From positions 1-55,609 of the forward strand of contig JANNSC010000095.1 of assembly GCA_031402135.1 (NCBI GenBank): DNA of 55,609 nucleotides, written 5' to 3'. This document shows positions 44,219 through 53,349 of this stretch, one piece after another. This DNA is from Gemmatimonadales bacterium (lineage in GTDB: Bacteria; Gemmatimonadota; Gemmatimonadetes; Gemmatimonadales; GWC2-71-9). The translations under genes were made by a program, and so were the position numbers. Numbering within the stretch: the stretch's first letter is position 1; each line of letters starts with the position of its first letter. A model generated the notes under the pieces. It was not told where the DNA came from and ran no database searches. It saw only the letters and a program-made list of their open reading frames with translations.

Positions 44219-44718
44219 GGGGCGGCTTCGGCCCGGGCCCGGGCGTCCTCGGCCCAGAGCGAAATAGCGAGCACGATGGCGCCGATGGTGACGCCCATAT
44301 CGGCGATATTGAAGGTTGGCCAGCGGGCGGTCCCAACGCCAATGTCAATAAAATCCACGACACCGTGAGTGCTGCGCAGCCGATCCACCAGATTGCCGGC
44401 GGCGCCGCCGGCAACCAGCCCGCAGGCCAGATGGCGAATTCGGTCAGCGGGCGCGCTGGAGCGGCTGAGGCGGAAGAGCATGACCACCGCGACGATCGCA
44501 ATCACGATAAAGATCCAGCGCGACCAGGCGCCGAGGTGCAGCCCGAATGCCGCGCCCTGATTGTAGACCAGGCGGAACTGCAGCCAGCTTCCCAGCACCT
44601 GCACCGGTGGAATCTGCAGCAGGACCCGCTCGGCTATTTGCTTGGTAACGAGGTCGAGCCCCAGCACCGCCGCCCCGGCAGCGGCAAACCAGCGCCGGGA
44701 ATCAGCGCCGCTTTTCAT
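44215..44718 (-). CDS. lspA: lipoprotein signal peptidase LspA (signal peptidase II)
   Basis: Start MKSGADSRRWF. VVDFIDIG and WPTFNIADMGV (catalytic Asp motifs), four TM segments. Confidence 0.9.
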   Translation of the reverse strand: MKSGADSRRWFAAAGAAVLGLDLVTKQIAERVLLQIPPVQVLGSWLQFRLVYNQGAAFGLHLGAWSRWIFIVIAIVAVVMLFRLSRSSAPADRIRHLACGLVAGGAAGNLVDRLRSTHGVVDFIDIGVGTARWPTFNIADMGVTIGAIVLAISLWAEDARARAEAAP

Positions 44719-45091
44719 CTTCTTCCTTCTCCTTGCAGGTGATGCAAAGCCGTGCGTGGGGAAGCGCATCGAGGCGCTCCAGGGCGATATCCTGCCCGCA
44801 CTGGTGGCACTTGCCGAAGCTCTCGGGCTCGCTGTAGAGGCGCCGGAGCGCCTGGTTCACGTGCCAGAGGTAGCGACCCTCTTGGGAGGCGAACAGGAAC
44901 TGCTTCTCCCGTTCCATGGTATCGGTGCCTTGATCCGCCATGTGGAAGGAGTAGGAGGAGAGGTCGCCATCGGACGACTGCAAGGTGCTGCTGAAGGACT
45001 CGTCATAGTACCCCAGTTCCTTCATAACCCGGGCCCGCTCGTCCTTGAGGCGGGTTTCGAGGTGCTGCAGCTGCTTCTTGGTCATGGCCAT
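44702..45091 (-). CDS. TraR/DksA family C4 zinc-finger protein
   Basis: 129 aa. An N-terminal coiled-coil-like region followed by CHQCGQDIALERLDALPHARLCITC (CxxC-x17-CxxC). Confidence 0.85.
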   Translation of the reverse strand: MAMTKKQLQHLETRLKDERARVMKELGYYDESFSSTLQSSDGDLSSYSFHMADQGTDTMEREKQFLFASQEGRYLWHVNQALRRLYSEPESFGKCHQCGQDIALERLDALPHARLCITCKEKEEDEKRR

Positions 45092-45111
45092 TCCGTTCGG
45101 AGTAAACTGGT

Positions 45112-48100
45112 TCAGGTCGACGCTGCGGGATGGCGCGCGACCGCGATCACTGCCTGATGCCCTTCGATGTCCAGGGACTCCTGCCGGTCGGCGCTCCCGG
45201 CGCGCTGCCCGGCGTGCAACTCGCGGGCCAGTGTTTCGGCCTGGATGGTGGCCGCGTGGGCCATTACCGAATCCAGCAGGGGCGGCGGGCCATCAATATA
45301 GAGCGCGATCCGGGTGGTGTATTCGTAGCCGGCGTCCTTGCGCAGCCGCTGAATCCGGTTGATGACTTCGCGCGCCAGCCCCTCCTGGCGCAGTGCGTCG
45401 GTCAGGGACGGATCCAGCGCGGCGACGTAGCTCCCGGCGCTCTGCACCAGCCAATCGGTGGTAACCTCACGCTCCACCGTCACATCCTCAGGACCATACT
45501 CCCACACGTCGGCGCCGCTGTTCAGCATGACGGTGCCACCTTCCTCGACGGCCCGGAGCTGGTCGGCCGAAAGTCCGGCCGCAGCGGCGGCGGCCTCGGG
45601 CGTCCGCTTGCCGTAGCGCTTGCCCAGCGAACGGAAATTGGGCCGGGGCTTGAGCCGGACCAGATCTGCGTCCGACGCCACGACCTCCACATCCCGCACA
45701 TTCACTTCCTGGGCGAGCAGCGGGAGCAGCCCGTGAAAGCGGGCCCCGTCGGCGGCGCGGGGGAGGGCCACTCGCATTCGCGCCAGCGGCTGCCGCACCT
45801 TGAGACTGCGGCCCTCCCGGGCAGCCCGGCCCAGTGATGCGAGGCGGCGCACCGAGTCCATGGCAGATTCGAGTTCGCGGTCGATCGGATCCGCCGGCAC
45901 GGGGAACTCGGCCAGGTGCACCGAACTGCCAGCCAGCGCACGGTGGAGCCAATCACTGGCAAAGGGCGCCGCCGGTGCGAGCAACCGGCTCACCGTCAGC
46001 AAGGCATCGAACAAGGTGCGCACCGCGGCAGGGTCGGCAGCCTTCTCGGGAGCCCAGAAGCGGGACCGAGAGAGACGCACATACCAATTGGACAGATCAT
46101 CCACCACGAAATCAATGATCGGACGAATACCCCCAGTCGGGTCGTAGCGGTCCCACGCCGCGGTGGTCCGGGCGACGGTATCCGCAAGGCGGCTGCGGAG
46201 CCATCGATCAAGTGGTTGTTCCGCCTCCAGGTTGCGCTCCGGTGCAGCCCCACCGGCGTAGAGCTGAAAGAAGCTGTAGGTGCTTTTCAAGGTGACCAGG
46301 AAGGAGCCGGCCACTTCGTCGATGGCTCCACGGTCGAAGCGTTTGGGCCGCCAGACCTCGCTCGACCCGATCAGGTAGAGGCGGACGCTGTCGGCGCCGA
46401 ACTCGCGGATCACCTCCCACGGATCGACGACGTTGCCCTTGCTCTTGGACATCTTCTGGCTCTGGGCATCCAGCAACAAGTCGTTCACCAGCACATTGCG
46501 GTAGGGCGCCTGGTCCATGACCGCAGCCGAAATGGCCAGCAGCGAATAGAACCACCCACGAGTCTGGTCGATACCTTCGCAGATGTAGTCGGCCGGAAAA
46601 TGCCGGGAGAATTCCTGTTGGTGCTCGAAGGGGTAGTGCCATTGAGCGAAGGGCATGGCGCCGGAGTCGAACCAGGTGTCGATCACCTCGGTGACCCGAC
46701 GCATGGTACCGCCGCCGGGCGCCGGCCAGGTGAGTTGGTCGAGGGTCGGCTTGTGGGGGTCGAAATTGGCGCCGAGCGGACGACCAAGCTGCTGGGCGAG
46801 CTCAGCGTAACTGCCGATGACCTGCACTTCGGCGGGGTCCTGGTCCGACACCCAGATCGGCAGGGGAGTGCCCCAGTAGCGATCGCGGGAGAGGGCCCAA
46901 TCGACGTTGTTGCTGAGCCAGTCGCCGAAGCGGCCGCTGCCAACTTCAGGGGGCTGCCAGGTAATGGTGTCATTCAGCGCCATCAGCCGCTCCTTGATGG
47001 TGCTGGTGGCGACAAACCACGAATCGCGGGCGTAATAGATCAACTTGCTGCGACACCGCCAGCAGTGGGGATAGTCGTGGGTGTACTGCTCGGTCCGGAG
47101 ATGGTGGCCGTCGGTTTTGAGCCGCCGAATGATCAGCTCGTTGGTTTCATCGGCGGTCACCAGGCGGCCCTCGAGTTCGGGCCAGGTGGTGCCAACGAAG
47201 GTCCCGTCGGATGCCACCGGCCGGAGCAGGGCCAGCCCGAAGCGCTTGCCGGCACTGTAGTCGTCGGCGCCGAAGGCGGGAGCGAGGTGGACGATGCCGG
47301 TGCCGTCGTCGGCGGTGACGAAATCTCCCGTGACCACGATCTGGCTGGCGGCGTCTTCCGGGAGGGGCACTACATCCAGGGGGCGCCGATAGCGCCGACC
47401 GGCAAGGGCGGAGCCGGGATACCTGGCAACGGCAGCCACCTCACCGCCCAGCACCTGAGCGAGTTTTTCAGCCCGGGCAACGGCGGCGACGAACTGGCGA
47501 CCGGGGTGCAGCGTGCTGACAAAGGTGGCGTACTCGAGCTCAGGGTGGACCGCAGCGGCAACGTTGGCCGGGAGGGTCCAGGGAGTGGTGGTCCACACCA
47601 CGAGTTCACGTCCACTATCGTCTGCAAGTGGAAAAGTGACGTAAATAGACCGGTCGTCGATTTTCTCGTAGCCAAGGGCCAGTTCGTGACTCGAAAGCAC
47701 GGTGCCGCAGCGGGGGCAATAGGGCAGCACCCGGTGGCCCCGCACCAGCAGGGATTTCTGGTGGATCTGTTTCAGCAGCCACCAGACCGACTCGATGTAC
47801 TCCGGGGTACAGGTGATGTAGGGGTGATCGTAGTCGAGCCAATAGGCGGTGCGCTCGGAGAGGTCTTCCCAGTCCTTCTTGTAGGTGAACACGCTCTCCC
47901 GGCAGAGCCGGTTGAACGGAGCCACGCCGAAGGCTTCGATGTCTTTCTTGCCCTTGAGATTGAGCTGTTTCTCAACCTCGATTTCGACTGGGAGACCGTG
48001 GGTATCCCAGCCGGCGACCCGAGTGACCGAGCAACCCTGGGCCACCCGGAAGCGGCAGAAGAGGTCTTTGAGGGTGCGGGAGAATACGTGATGAATTCCC

Positions 48101-48276
48101 GGCCGCCCGTTGGCGGTTGGCGGCCCATCATAGAAGACGAACGGCTTGCCGCCGGCTCGCGACCGCTGCACCTGGCCGAAGAGGTCCTCCGCCTTCCAGC
48201 GCGCCAACAACTCGCACTCCATGGCATCGGGGCGCTGGTCGGGCCAGGCGGGGTAGCGAACTGCGGCCTGGGTCAT
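45112..48276 (-). CDS. ileS: isoleucine--tRNA ligase (type 2, long form)
   Basis: 1054 aa. FYDGPPTANGRPGIHHVFSR (HIGH region, type-2 style), KMSKSKGNVV (KMSKS), and a CP1 editing domain. Confidence 0.95.
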   Translation of the reverse strand: MTQAAVRYPAWPDQRPDAMECELLARWKAEDLFGQVQRSRAGGKPFVFYDGPPTANGRPGIHHVFSRTLKDLFCRFRVAQGCSVTRVAGWDTHGLPVEIEVEKQLNLKGKKDIEAFGVAPFNRLCRESVFTYKKDWEDLSERTAYWLDYDHPYITCTPEYIESVWWLLKQIHQKSLLVRGHRVLPYCPRCGTVLSSHELALGYEKIDDRSIYVTFPLADDSGRELVVWTTTPWTLPANVAAAVHPELEYATFVSTLHPGRQFVAAVARAEKLAQVLGGEVAAVARYPGSALAGRRYRRPLDVVPLPEDAASQIVVTGDFVTADDGTGIVHLAPAFGADDYSAGKRFGLALLRPVASDGTFVGTTWPELEGRLVTADETNELIIRRLKTDGHHLRTEQYTHDYPHCWRCRSKLIYYARDSWFVATSTIKERLMALNDTITWQPPEVGSGRFGDWLSNNVDWALSRDRYWGTPLPIWVSDQDPAEVQVIGSYAELAQQLGRPLGANFDPHKPTLDQLTWPAPGGGTMRRVTEVIDTWFDSGAMPFAQWHYPFEHQQEFSRHFPADYICEGIDQTRGWFYSLLAISAAVMDQAPYRNVLVNDLLLDAQSQKMSKSKGNVVDPWEVIREFGADSVRLYLIGSSEVWRPKRFDRGAIDEVAGSFLVTLKSTYSFFQLYAGGAAPERNLEAEQPLDRWLRSRLADTVARTTAAWDRYDPTGGIRPIIDFVVDDLSNWYVRLSRSRFWAPEKAADPAAVRTLFDALLTVSRLLAPAAPFASDWLHRALAGSSVHLAEFPVPADPIDRELESAMDSVRRLASLGRAAREGRSLKVRQPLARMRVALPRAADGARFHGLLPLLAQEVNVRDVEVVASDADLVRLKPRPNFRSLGKRYGKRTPEAAAAAAGLSADQLRAVEEGGTVMLNSGADVWEYGPEDVTVEREVTTDWLVQSAGSYVAALDPSLTDALRQEGLAREVINRIQRLRKDAGYEYTTRIALYIDGPPPLLDSVMAHAATIQAETLARELHAGQRAGSADRQESLDIEGHQAVIAVARHPAAST

Positions 48277-48740
48277 CCCTCTCCACCGAGCGAGGCGAGC
48301 TCACCAAGTTGGCGTTCGAGCAGCTGCCGATAGCTGGCGACGTAGGCCTGGAACTGGCGTTGGGCCTGCTCGTTGTTCTGGGCGATCCGCTGCTCCTCCA
48401 TGCGGGCCTGCTGGAGGATCTGCTCGGCCTGGACCCCCGCCTCCCGAAGCGCCACGTCGCGCTCCCGCTCGACCTGGGTCTGGGTTTCGCTGCGCAGCTG
48501 CTGGGCCCCAACCAGAGCATCGTTCATGGCCCGTTCGCGGTCGCGATAGGTCCGGAGCTGATCACTCATTCCCTTGATGCGTTCGTCGAGCTGCACCCGG
48601 TCCCGGATCAGCCGATCGATTTCTTCGGCCATCCGTTGCTTGAATTCCTCCACCTGGGTGGGGTCGTAGCCCCGGAGCACCCGCTGGAACTCCTGGGCCC
48701 GAACGTCGTGCGACGTGAGGTGGAACGCATCATCGGTCAT
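48273..48740 (-). CDS. divIVA: DivIVA domain protein
   Basis: LTSHDVRAQEFQRVLRGYDPTQVEEFKQRMAEEIDRL is the canonical DivIVA N-terminal lipid-binding domain, followed by a coiled coil. Confidence 0.9.
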   Translation of the reverse strand: MTDDAFHLTSHDVRAQEFQRVLRGYDPTQVEEFKQRMAEEIDRLIRDRVQLDERIKGMSDQLRTYRDRERAMNDALVGAQQLRSETQTQVERERDVALREAGVQAEQILQQARMEEQRIAQNNEQAQRQFQAYVASYRQLLERQLGELASLGGEG

Positions 48741-49429
48741 GGCGAGCGTTCTCCAAAAAGCAGGGTTCCCAGGCGAAGCATCGTTGCCCCTTCCTCCACC
48801 GCGACGGTATAGTCGGCCGACATCCCCATCGATAATTCAGTGACCGGATGCCCGTCGGACCCCATCTGGTCCCGGAGCCGGCGCAGCACTCCAAAGGCGT
48901 GGCGCTGGACCCGCTGGTCCTCGGTCAGCGCCGCCATGGTCATCAGGCCGCGGAGTTCGAGACCGGGGAGCGCCCGGATGGCGTCGAGGAGCGATGGCAG
49001 CGCCCCGGGCTCGACCCCGCCTTTCTGGGGTTCTCCACTGCAATTGACCTCGACGAGAATTGGCTGTTGCCGATTGGCCACTTGCCGGTGATTCAACTCC
49101 ACAGCCAACTCCAGGCGATCCACTGAATGAATCAGGGCAAAGCGTCCCACCGCGTGCTTTGCCTTGTTGCGCTGCAGCGAACCGATCAAATGCCACTGGA
49201 CCGGCACGGCAACGCACTCCGCCTGCTTGGCGAGTGCCTCCTGCACCCGATTTTCCCCGACATCCCGAATGCCCGCCGAGACTGCCGCCTTGACCGCCTC
49301 CGGGCCATGGGTCTTGGTGACCGCCACGATTCGTACCGGATGGGTCCACCCTCCGATTGCCTGGTGGTGGGCGACCCGGTTGGCCACAACGGCCAGCCGC
49401 CCCGCAAGGTCCGGGAAATCCATAACCAT
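48737..49429 (-). CDS. yggS: YggS family pyridoxal-phosphate homeostasis protein
   Basis: 230 aa. RIVAVTKTHG (PLP lysine), HLIGSLQRNK, SMGMSADY. Confidence 0.9.
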   Translation of the reverse strand: MVMDFPDLAGRLAVVANRVAHHQAIGGWTHPVRIVAVTKTHGPEAVKAAVSAGIRDVGENRVQEALAKQAECVAVPVQWHLIGSLQRNKAKHAVGRFALIHSVDRLELAVELNHRQVANRQQPILVEVNCSGEPQKGGVEPGALPSLLDAIRALPGLELRGLMTMAALTEDQRVQRHAFGVLRRLRDQMGSDGHPVTELSMGMSADYTVAVEEGATMLRLGTLLFGERSP

Positions 49430-49498
49430 TAAATCTAATGAGGGTTACGCCCTGCCAAGAAGGGAGCCGGACCAGCAGAAGTGGCTCTGGAAAGCCGG

Positions 49499-50989
49499 CT
49501 AGTTGGGTTGGAGGAAGACCGGCTGTATCCAGGCGCGGGCGCCGCCGGAATCCTCCACCCGGGCCCGAACATAGCTGAGGCCCCGTGCCCTGCTGCGATC
49601 GAGGCTGAATACCGGGGCAAGCCCGCCCACCTGGGCGAGGGCCCGACCGTGGTCTCCGATGAATGTGGTGGTGTACTTGAAATCAGCCTCCGGCTGAATC
49701 CGTAGCGCGAGGGTCGTTCCGGTCACCGAAATATCCGCCACGGTCACCCCGCTGCTGGCGTAGAAGAGTCCGTGCTCGAGGTTCCGCATCAGCTGCCGGG
49801 CCTCGAGCGTCTGCGCTGCAATCGAAATCCATCCGCGCCCGGGGTTGGCCCGGTTCCGGGCGAACTCTCCCTGAAAATGGTGGGCGTCGTCCACCGCAAT
49901 CCCGTAGATCCGCTTCCCGGCACTGAGTAATCCGTCCCAGATGGCCTCGACGCCGAGCCCCTCATCACCGCCGTCGTTGTGAACCTGGGGATGACCGTTG
50001 AAAATCTCCAGCAGCGAATCGTTGCGCACCTGCAAGAGCTCCTGGAGCCCGAAGGACCAGCGGAAGTTGGGGTGATTGATGTGGGGAATGCCAGCCACCT
50101 CTCGAATGGCATCGACGTTTCGCTGGATGGTTCCCACCAGGGTCGAATCGATCCTCTGAGGCACCAGTTGGGTCAGGGCCAGGCCATTGATGTGCACCGG
50201 CTTGGACCCGAACTGAGTGGTGAGCTCTTCGCCACCGACCAGCAGAAACGTTGAATCCACCAGCCCGGTGAGGCGGGCCGGATCGGTGAAGACGTTGTGG
50301 TCGGAGAGAACCAGGAAGCTGTAGCCGTGGGATTTATACCAGCGAACCACGACTTCGGGAGGGGAGTCTCCGTCACTTTCCGTGGTATGGGAGTGAGTAT
50401 TGCCCTTCCACCACCGGAGGCCGGACAACTCCCGCGGTTCGAAGCGCCGGGCCGACAACCCGGTGGGGGGCGGCTCGGCGCAATTCACCCGGCGCATCGG
50501 GAAGTCGACGCCGCGGAGCCCGCTGGGGCCAGGACCCTCAATCCGGGCAAGGAGCGAATCGGTGCCCAGCCTGCGATAGAGAATTCGCTGGGGAAAGTCG
50601 TGCGCCAGGTTTTCGACTATGAAGCTGGAGTCAGTGAGCTGTACCGCCTTGAATGAGGTGACGGTCTGACCGGAGGGAATGGAGGTGTAGACCACGGTGT
50701 CCCGCTGGGTCTCGATGCGGAGTTGTTCGAATTCCCGTACCGCGCCAGCGGCGATGGTGCGGCTGGCGCCCAACATCATGCCGCCGTCGGGGGGCATCCA
50801 CATCTCCAGCGTGGTGCGGCGGGCAGTTTTGAGCTCCCAGCAGCCGGCGAGCCAGCCCAGCCGGGCGAGCCCGCCGGCGCCGACGGGCGCCGGGGAAACC
50901 GGGCTCCCCGGTTGGGCGCTGGCGGGCGAGGCAAGCAGACAGAGCAGGCCGAAGGTCATCGAGCGGCGATGCGGCTTCACGCAATTCAT
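49499..50989 (-). CDS. secreted fusion protein: N-terminal lipocalin-like DUF domain + PHP-domain (CehA/McbA-like) metallohydrolase
   Basis: Signal peptide MTFGLLCLLASPASAQ, then LGWLAGCWE...FIVENLAHDFPQRILYRR (DUF6265-like), then WWKGNTHSHTTESDGDSPPEVVV...LVLSDHN (PHP His motifs). Confidence 0.7.
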   Translation of the reverse strand: MNCVKPHRRSMTFGLLCLLASPASAQPGSPVSPAPVGAGGLARLGWLAGCWELKTARRTTLEMWMPPDGGMMLGASRTIAAGAVREFEQLRIETQRDTVVYTSIPSGQTVTSFKAVQLTDSSFIVENLAHDFPQRILYRRLGTDSLLARIEGPGPSGLRGVDFPMRRVNCAEPPPTGLSARRFEPRELSGLRWWKGNTHSHTTESDGDSPPEVVVRWYKSHGYSFLVLSDHNVFTDPARLTGLVDSTFLLVGGEELTTQFGSKPVHINGLALTQLVPQRIDSTLVGTIQRNVDAIREVAGIPHINHPNFRWSFGLQELLQVRNDSLLEIFNGHPQVHNDGGDEGLGVEAIWDGLLSAGKRIYGIAVDDAHHFQGEFARNRANPGRGWISIAAQTLEARQLMRNLEHGLFYASSGVTVADISVTGTTLALRIQPEADFKYTTTFIGDHGRALAQVGGLAPVFSLDRSRARGLSYVRARVEDSGGARAWIQPVFLQPN

Positions 50990-53349
50990 GGGATGCGCTT
51001 TCGGATCTGTTCCAGCGCCGCCTGGATGGCCGGGTTGCTGGAGAGGTGGGCGCTCCGCTCCAGGTACTTGAGCAGCTGAGCGGTGTCGCCCCGGCTTTCC
51101 AGGGCGTAGGCAAGCTGGGTGAAGGGCAATCCGAGGGTGCTGGCAATGCCGCTGGCGGTGTTTTCCAGCTCCCGCCGAGGCTGAGACAACAAATCGGCAA
51201 AGCGATAGGTGTCCATCATGAGCCGGTCGGTGGCGGCAATGTCGAGTGGCACGCCCATCAGCCGCTTCAAATCGTAGGCGGCGCTGGTGGTGTCGACCGC
51301 GACGGTGTCGAGTACGATGCCCAGCCCTCGCTGCACCATGAAGCGGCCCAGGCCATAGTCATTCCCGACCGCGGTGAGCCCCCACACGATCGGGCGGCGG
51401 CCGAAATTCTGCTGGATCACCCGGAGGGAAAGAAAATCCTTGCCGTAGAGGACGCTGTTGGCGGCCAGCGTGGTTTGGTAGCGTCCGACCCGCAGCGTCG
51501 CCGCCTGGTCGATAACTTGGGGCAGCGCGGCGTGAATCTCGGCATCGGTCATGTTGTGGAGCGGCCAGGTCGGGGCCACCGGATGGAGTCCCTGCCAGAT
51601 GGCGGGAGCCTTTTCCTCCTCGAACGGCCGGACTGCATTGTCCCGCAACTGGCGCATGTACCACTCGGTTTCGGCGAGCGCCAGACAGACTACGGTGACA
51701 TCTCGGCGGACTCCCGCAACCTCCTGGGCCCACCAGAGCGGAAAGGTGTCGTTGTCCCCGTAGGTGAAGAGAATGCCGTAGGGCGGAACCGAGTTGAGCA
51801 GGGAGTAGGCAAAGTCGCCGGGCAGCCGGGCGTCGGGACCGTGCCGACGACCAGCCTGGGCAAAGTTGAGGGCGAACGGCAGCAGGGCAAGCAGAAATAC
51901 CGCAGGGACCACCCGCCGCAACGGTGCCGCCACCCGGGCCAATCCCTCACGCACCACGGTCTGAAGGCCAAGACCGGCCCAGAGCCCCCACACAATGAAG
52001 CTGACCACGAAGAAGTAGTCCCGCTCCCGCACTTCATGATCGTTTCCGTCGGGGTAGGGATCGTAGCCGATGCTGAACCCCGGCTTGAAGTTCATGTACA
52101 CGACGAGGCCCAGCCCGGTGACCAGCCAGAGCATCAGCAGCATCCAGGCGCCACTTCGGTCACTGCGCCAGTGCGCTGCCATGCCGCGGAGGCCGAGGGT
52201 CAGGAAGAGCAGAGTGAAAAGGGTGCGAAGGGGGAAGCCACCGATCATCCCCGGCACCGACTTGGCCCATTGCCAATCGAAATACTGCAGGTAATTAAGG
52301 AATTGCAGCCCGATGATTGTGAGGTTCCGTCCCGGGTTGTCGGGGCCATGACGGACGGTGGGATCGTCGAACGGGGTTCGGAACTCGTACTGGGCCCGCC
52401 GGATGACTTGCACCAGCGCATCCCAGCTGCCGGGCGCAGCTTCGTTGATCATGGGCGACTGGCCGGAGCGGATGTACAGATACAGGTAGGGCGTCACACC
52501 AACCAGAGCAATCACCAGCAGGAGCAGGCCGAAGCGGAATTCGCCGCGGCGGCCGGCAAAGAGCAACGCCGCCACGAAGCCCACCACGCCAACGGCAATG
52601 AGACCACGGTTGCCTAACCCGATTCCGGTGAGCAGTGCCCAGAGACCGGCCAGCACCGCCGCATGGCCCCATTCGGCGGAGCTGGTGGCGGGGTCGGCGG
52701 CCGGCTGGCGACGGAGCTCGGTCACCACGAACAGCAGCGCGGCGGGGCCGACCAGAAGCCCGAGCAGATGGTTTCCGATGGCAATGCCCAGCAGATACGC
52801 CACCATCAGGAGGTACTTGGGGGCGCGAGGAGTTCCCCGTGCGGCGCGCCATCGCAACAGCAGCCAGCAGACCGCGGCAATGGTAAAGGTTGCGACGGCG
52901 TAGACCTCGGTTTCATTGCTGTTGAGCCAATTGGTAAATCCGAACGCGGCAATCAGCGCGCCGGCCGCCGCCGCCACCGGGGCGAGCCACGGCAAACGGC
53001 GGGCATCGGCGGCCTCGAGAGTGCCGGCAGTGGCCTCATGGAGCACCAGGAACCAGCAACCGGCGCCCGCCGCGCTGAACAAGGCGCTCAACAGGTTGGT
53101 CCGAAAGGCAAATTCCCCGAACGGGAAGATCATTCCCCACACATGCCCCATCATGACGAACAGGGGAGTCCCCGGCGGATGGGGAATTCCCAGGGTCTTC
53201 ATGGCGGCAATGAACTCACCGGCGTCCCAGAAGGTGACCGACGGAGCCAGGGAGAGGAGGTAGCCAAGGAGGACGACGGCGCTGAGCAGGAGGGCCGCCC
53301 GGTAGGGCGGATGGGCGATGGCGCTGGCGGACGATTCGACGGACTTCAT
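50986..53349 (-). CDS. DUF2723 (TMEM260-like, GT-C type glycosyl/mannosyltransferase-like) polytopic membrane protein
   Basis: 787 aa. SVTFWDAGEFIAAMKTLGIPHPPGTPLFVMMGHVW is the hallmark DUF2723 N-terminal motif. It has about 10 TM helices and a large C-terminal soluble domain. Confidence 0.8.
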   Translation of the reverse strand: MKSVESSASAIAHPPYRAALLLSAVVLLGYLLSLAPSVTFWDAGEFIAAMKTLGIPHPPGTPLFVMMGHVWGMIFPFGEFAFRTNLLSALFSAAGAGCWFLVLHEATAGTLEAADARRLPWLAPVAAAAGALIAAFGFTNWLNSNETEVYAVATFTIAAVCWLLLRWRAARGTPRAPKYLLMVAYLLGIAIGNHLLGLLVGPAALLFVVTELRRQPAADPATSSAEWGHAAVLAGLWALLTGIGLGNRGLIAVGVVGFVAALLFAGRRGEFRFGLLLLVIALVGVTPYLYLYIRSGQSPMINEAAPGSWDALVQVIRRAQYEFRTPFDDPTVRHGPDNPGRNLTIIGLQFLNYLQYFDWQWAKSVPGMIGGFPLRTLFTLLFLTLGLRGMAAHWRSDRSGAWMLLMLWLVTGLGLVVYMNFKPGFSIGYDPYPDGNDHEVRERDYFFVVSFIVWGLWAGLGLQTVVREGLARVAAPLRRVVPAVFLLALLPFALNFAQAGRRHGPDARLPGDFAYSLLNSVPPYGILFTYGDNDTFPLWWAQEVAGVRRDVTVVCLALAETEWYMRQLRDNAVRPFEEEKAPAIWQGLHPVAPTWPLHNMTDAEIHAALPQVIDQAATLRVGRYQTTLAANSVLYGKDFLSLRVIQQNFGRRPIVWGLTAVGNDYGLGRFMVQRGLGIVLDTVAVDTTSAAYDLKRLMGVPLDIAATDRLMMDTYRFADLLSQPRRELENTASGIASTLGLPFTQLAYALESRGDTAQLLKYLERSAHLSSNPAIQAALEQIRKRIP

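Noticed and set aside
45916-48333. 805-aa plus-strand ORF antisense to ileS. Similar long antisense or shifted-frame ORFs occur at 17673..19517, 41158..42975, 37530..39281, 32786..34504, 12853..14466, 14318..15931, 21912..23465, 3261..4823 and 42842..44368.
   Set aside because: Their translations are Arg/Gly/Pro/Ala-rich low-complexity strings with no motifs. Each lies opposite a gene with unmistakable conserved motifs. Long spurious ORFs are expected in high-GC DNA because stop codons are rare.
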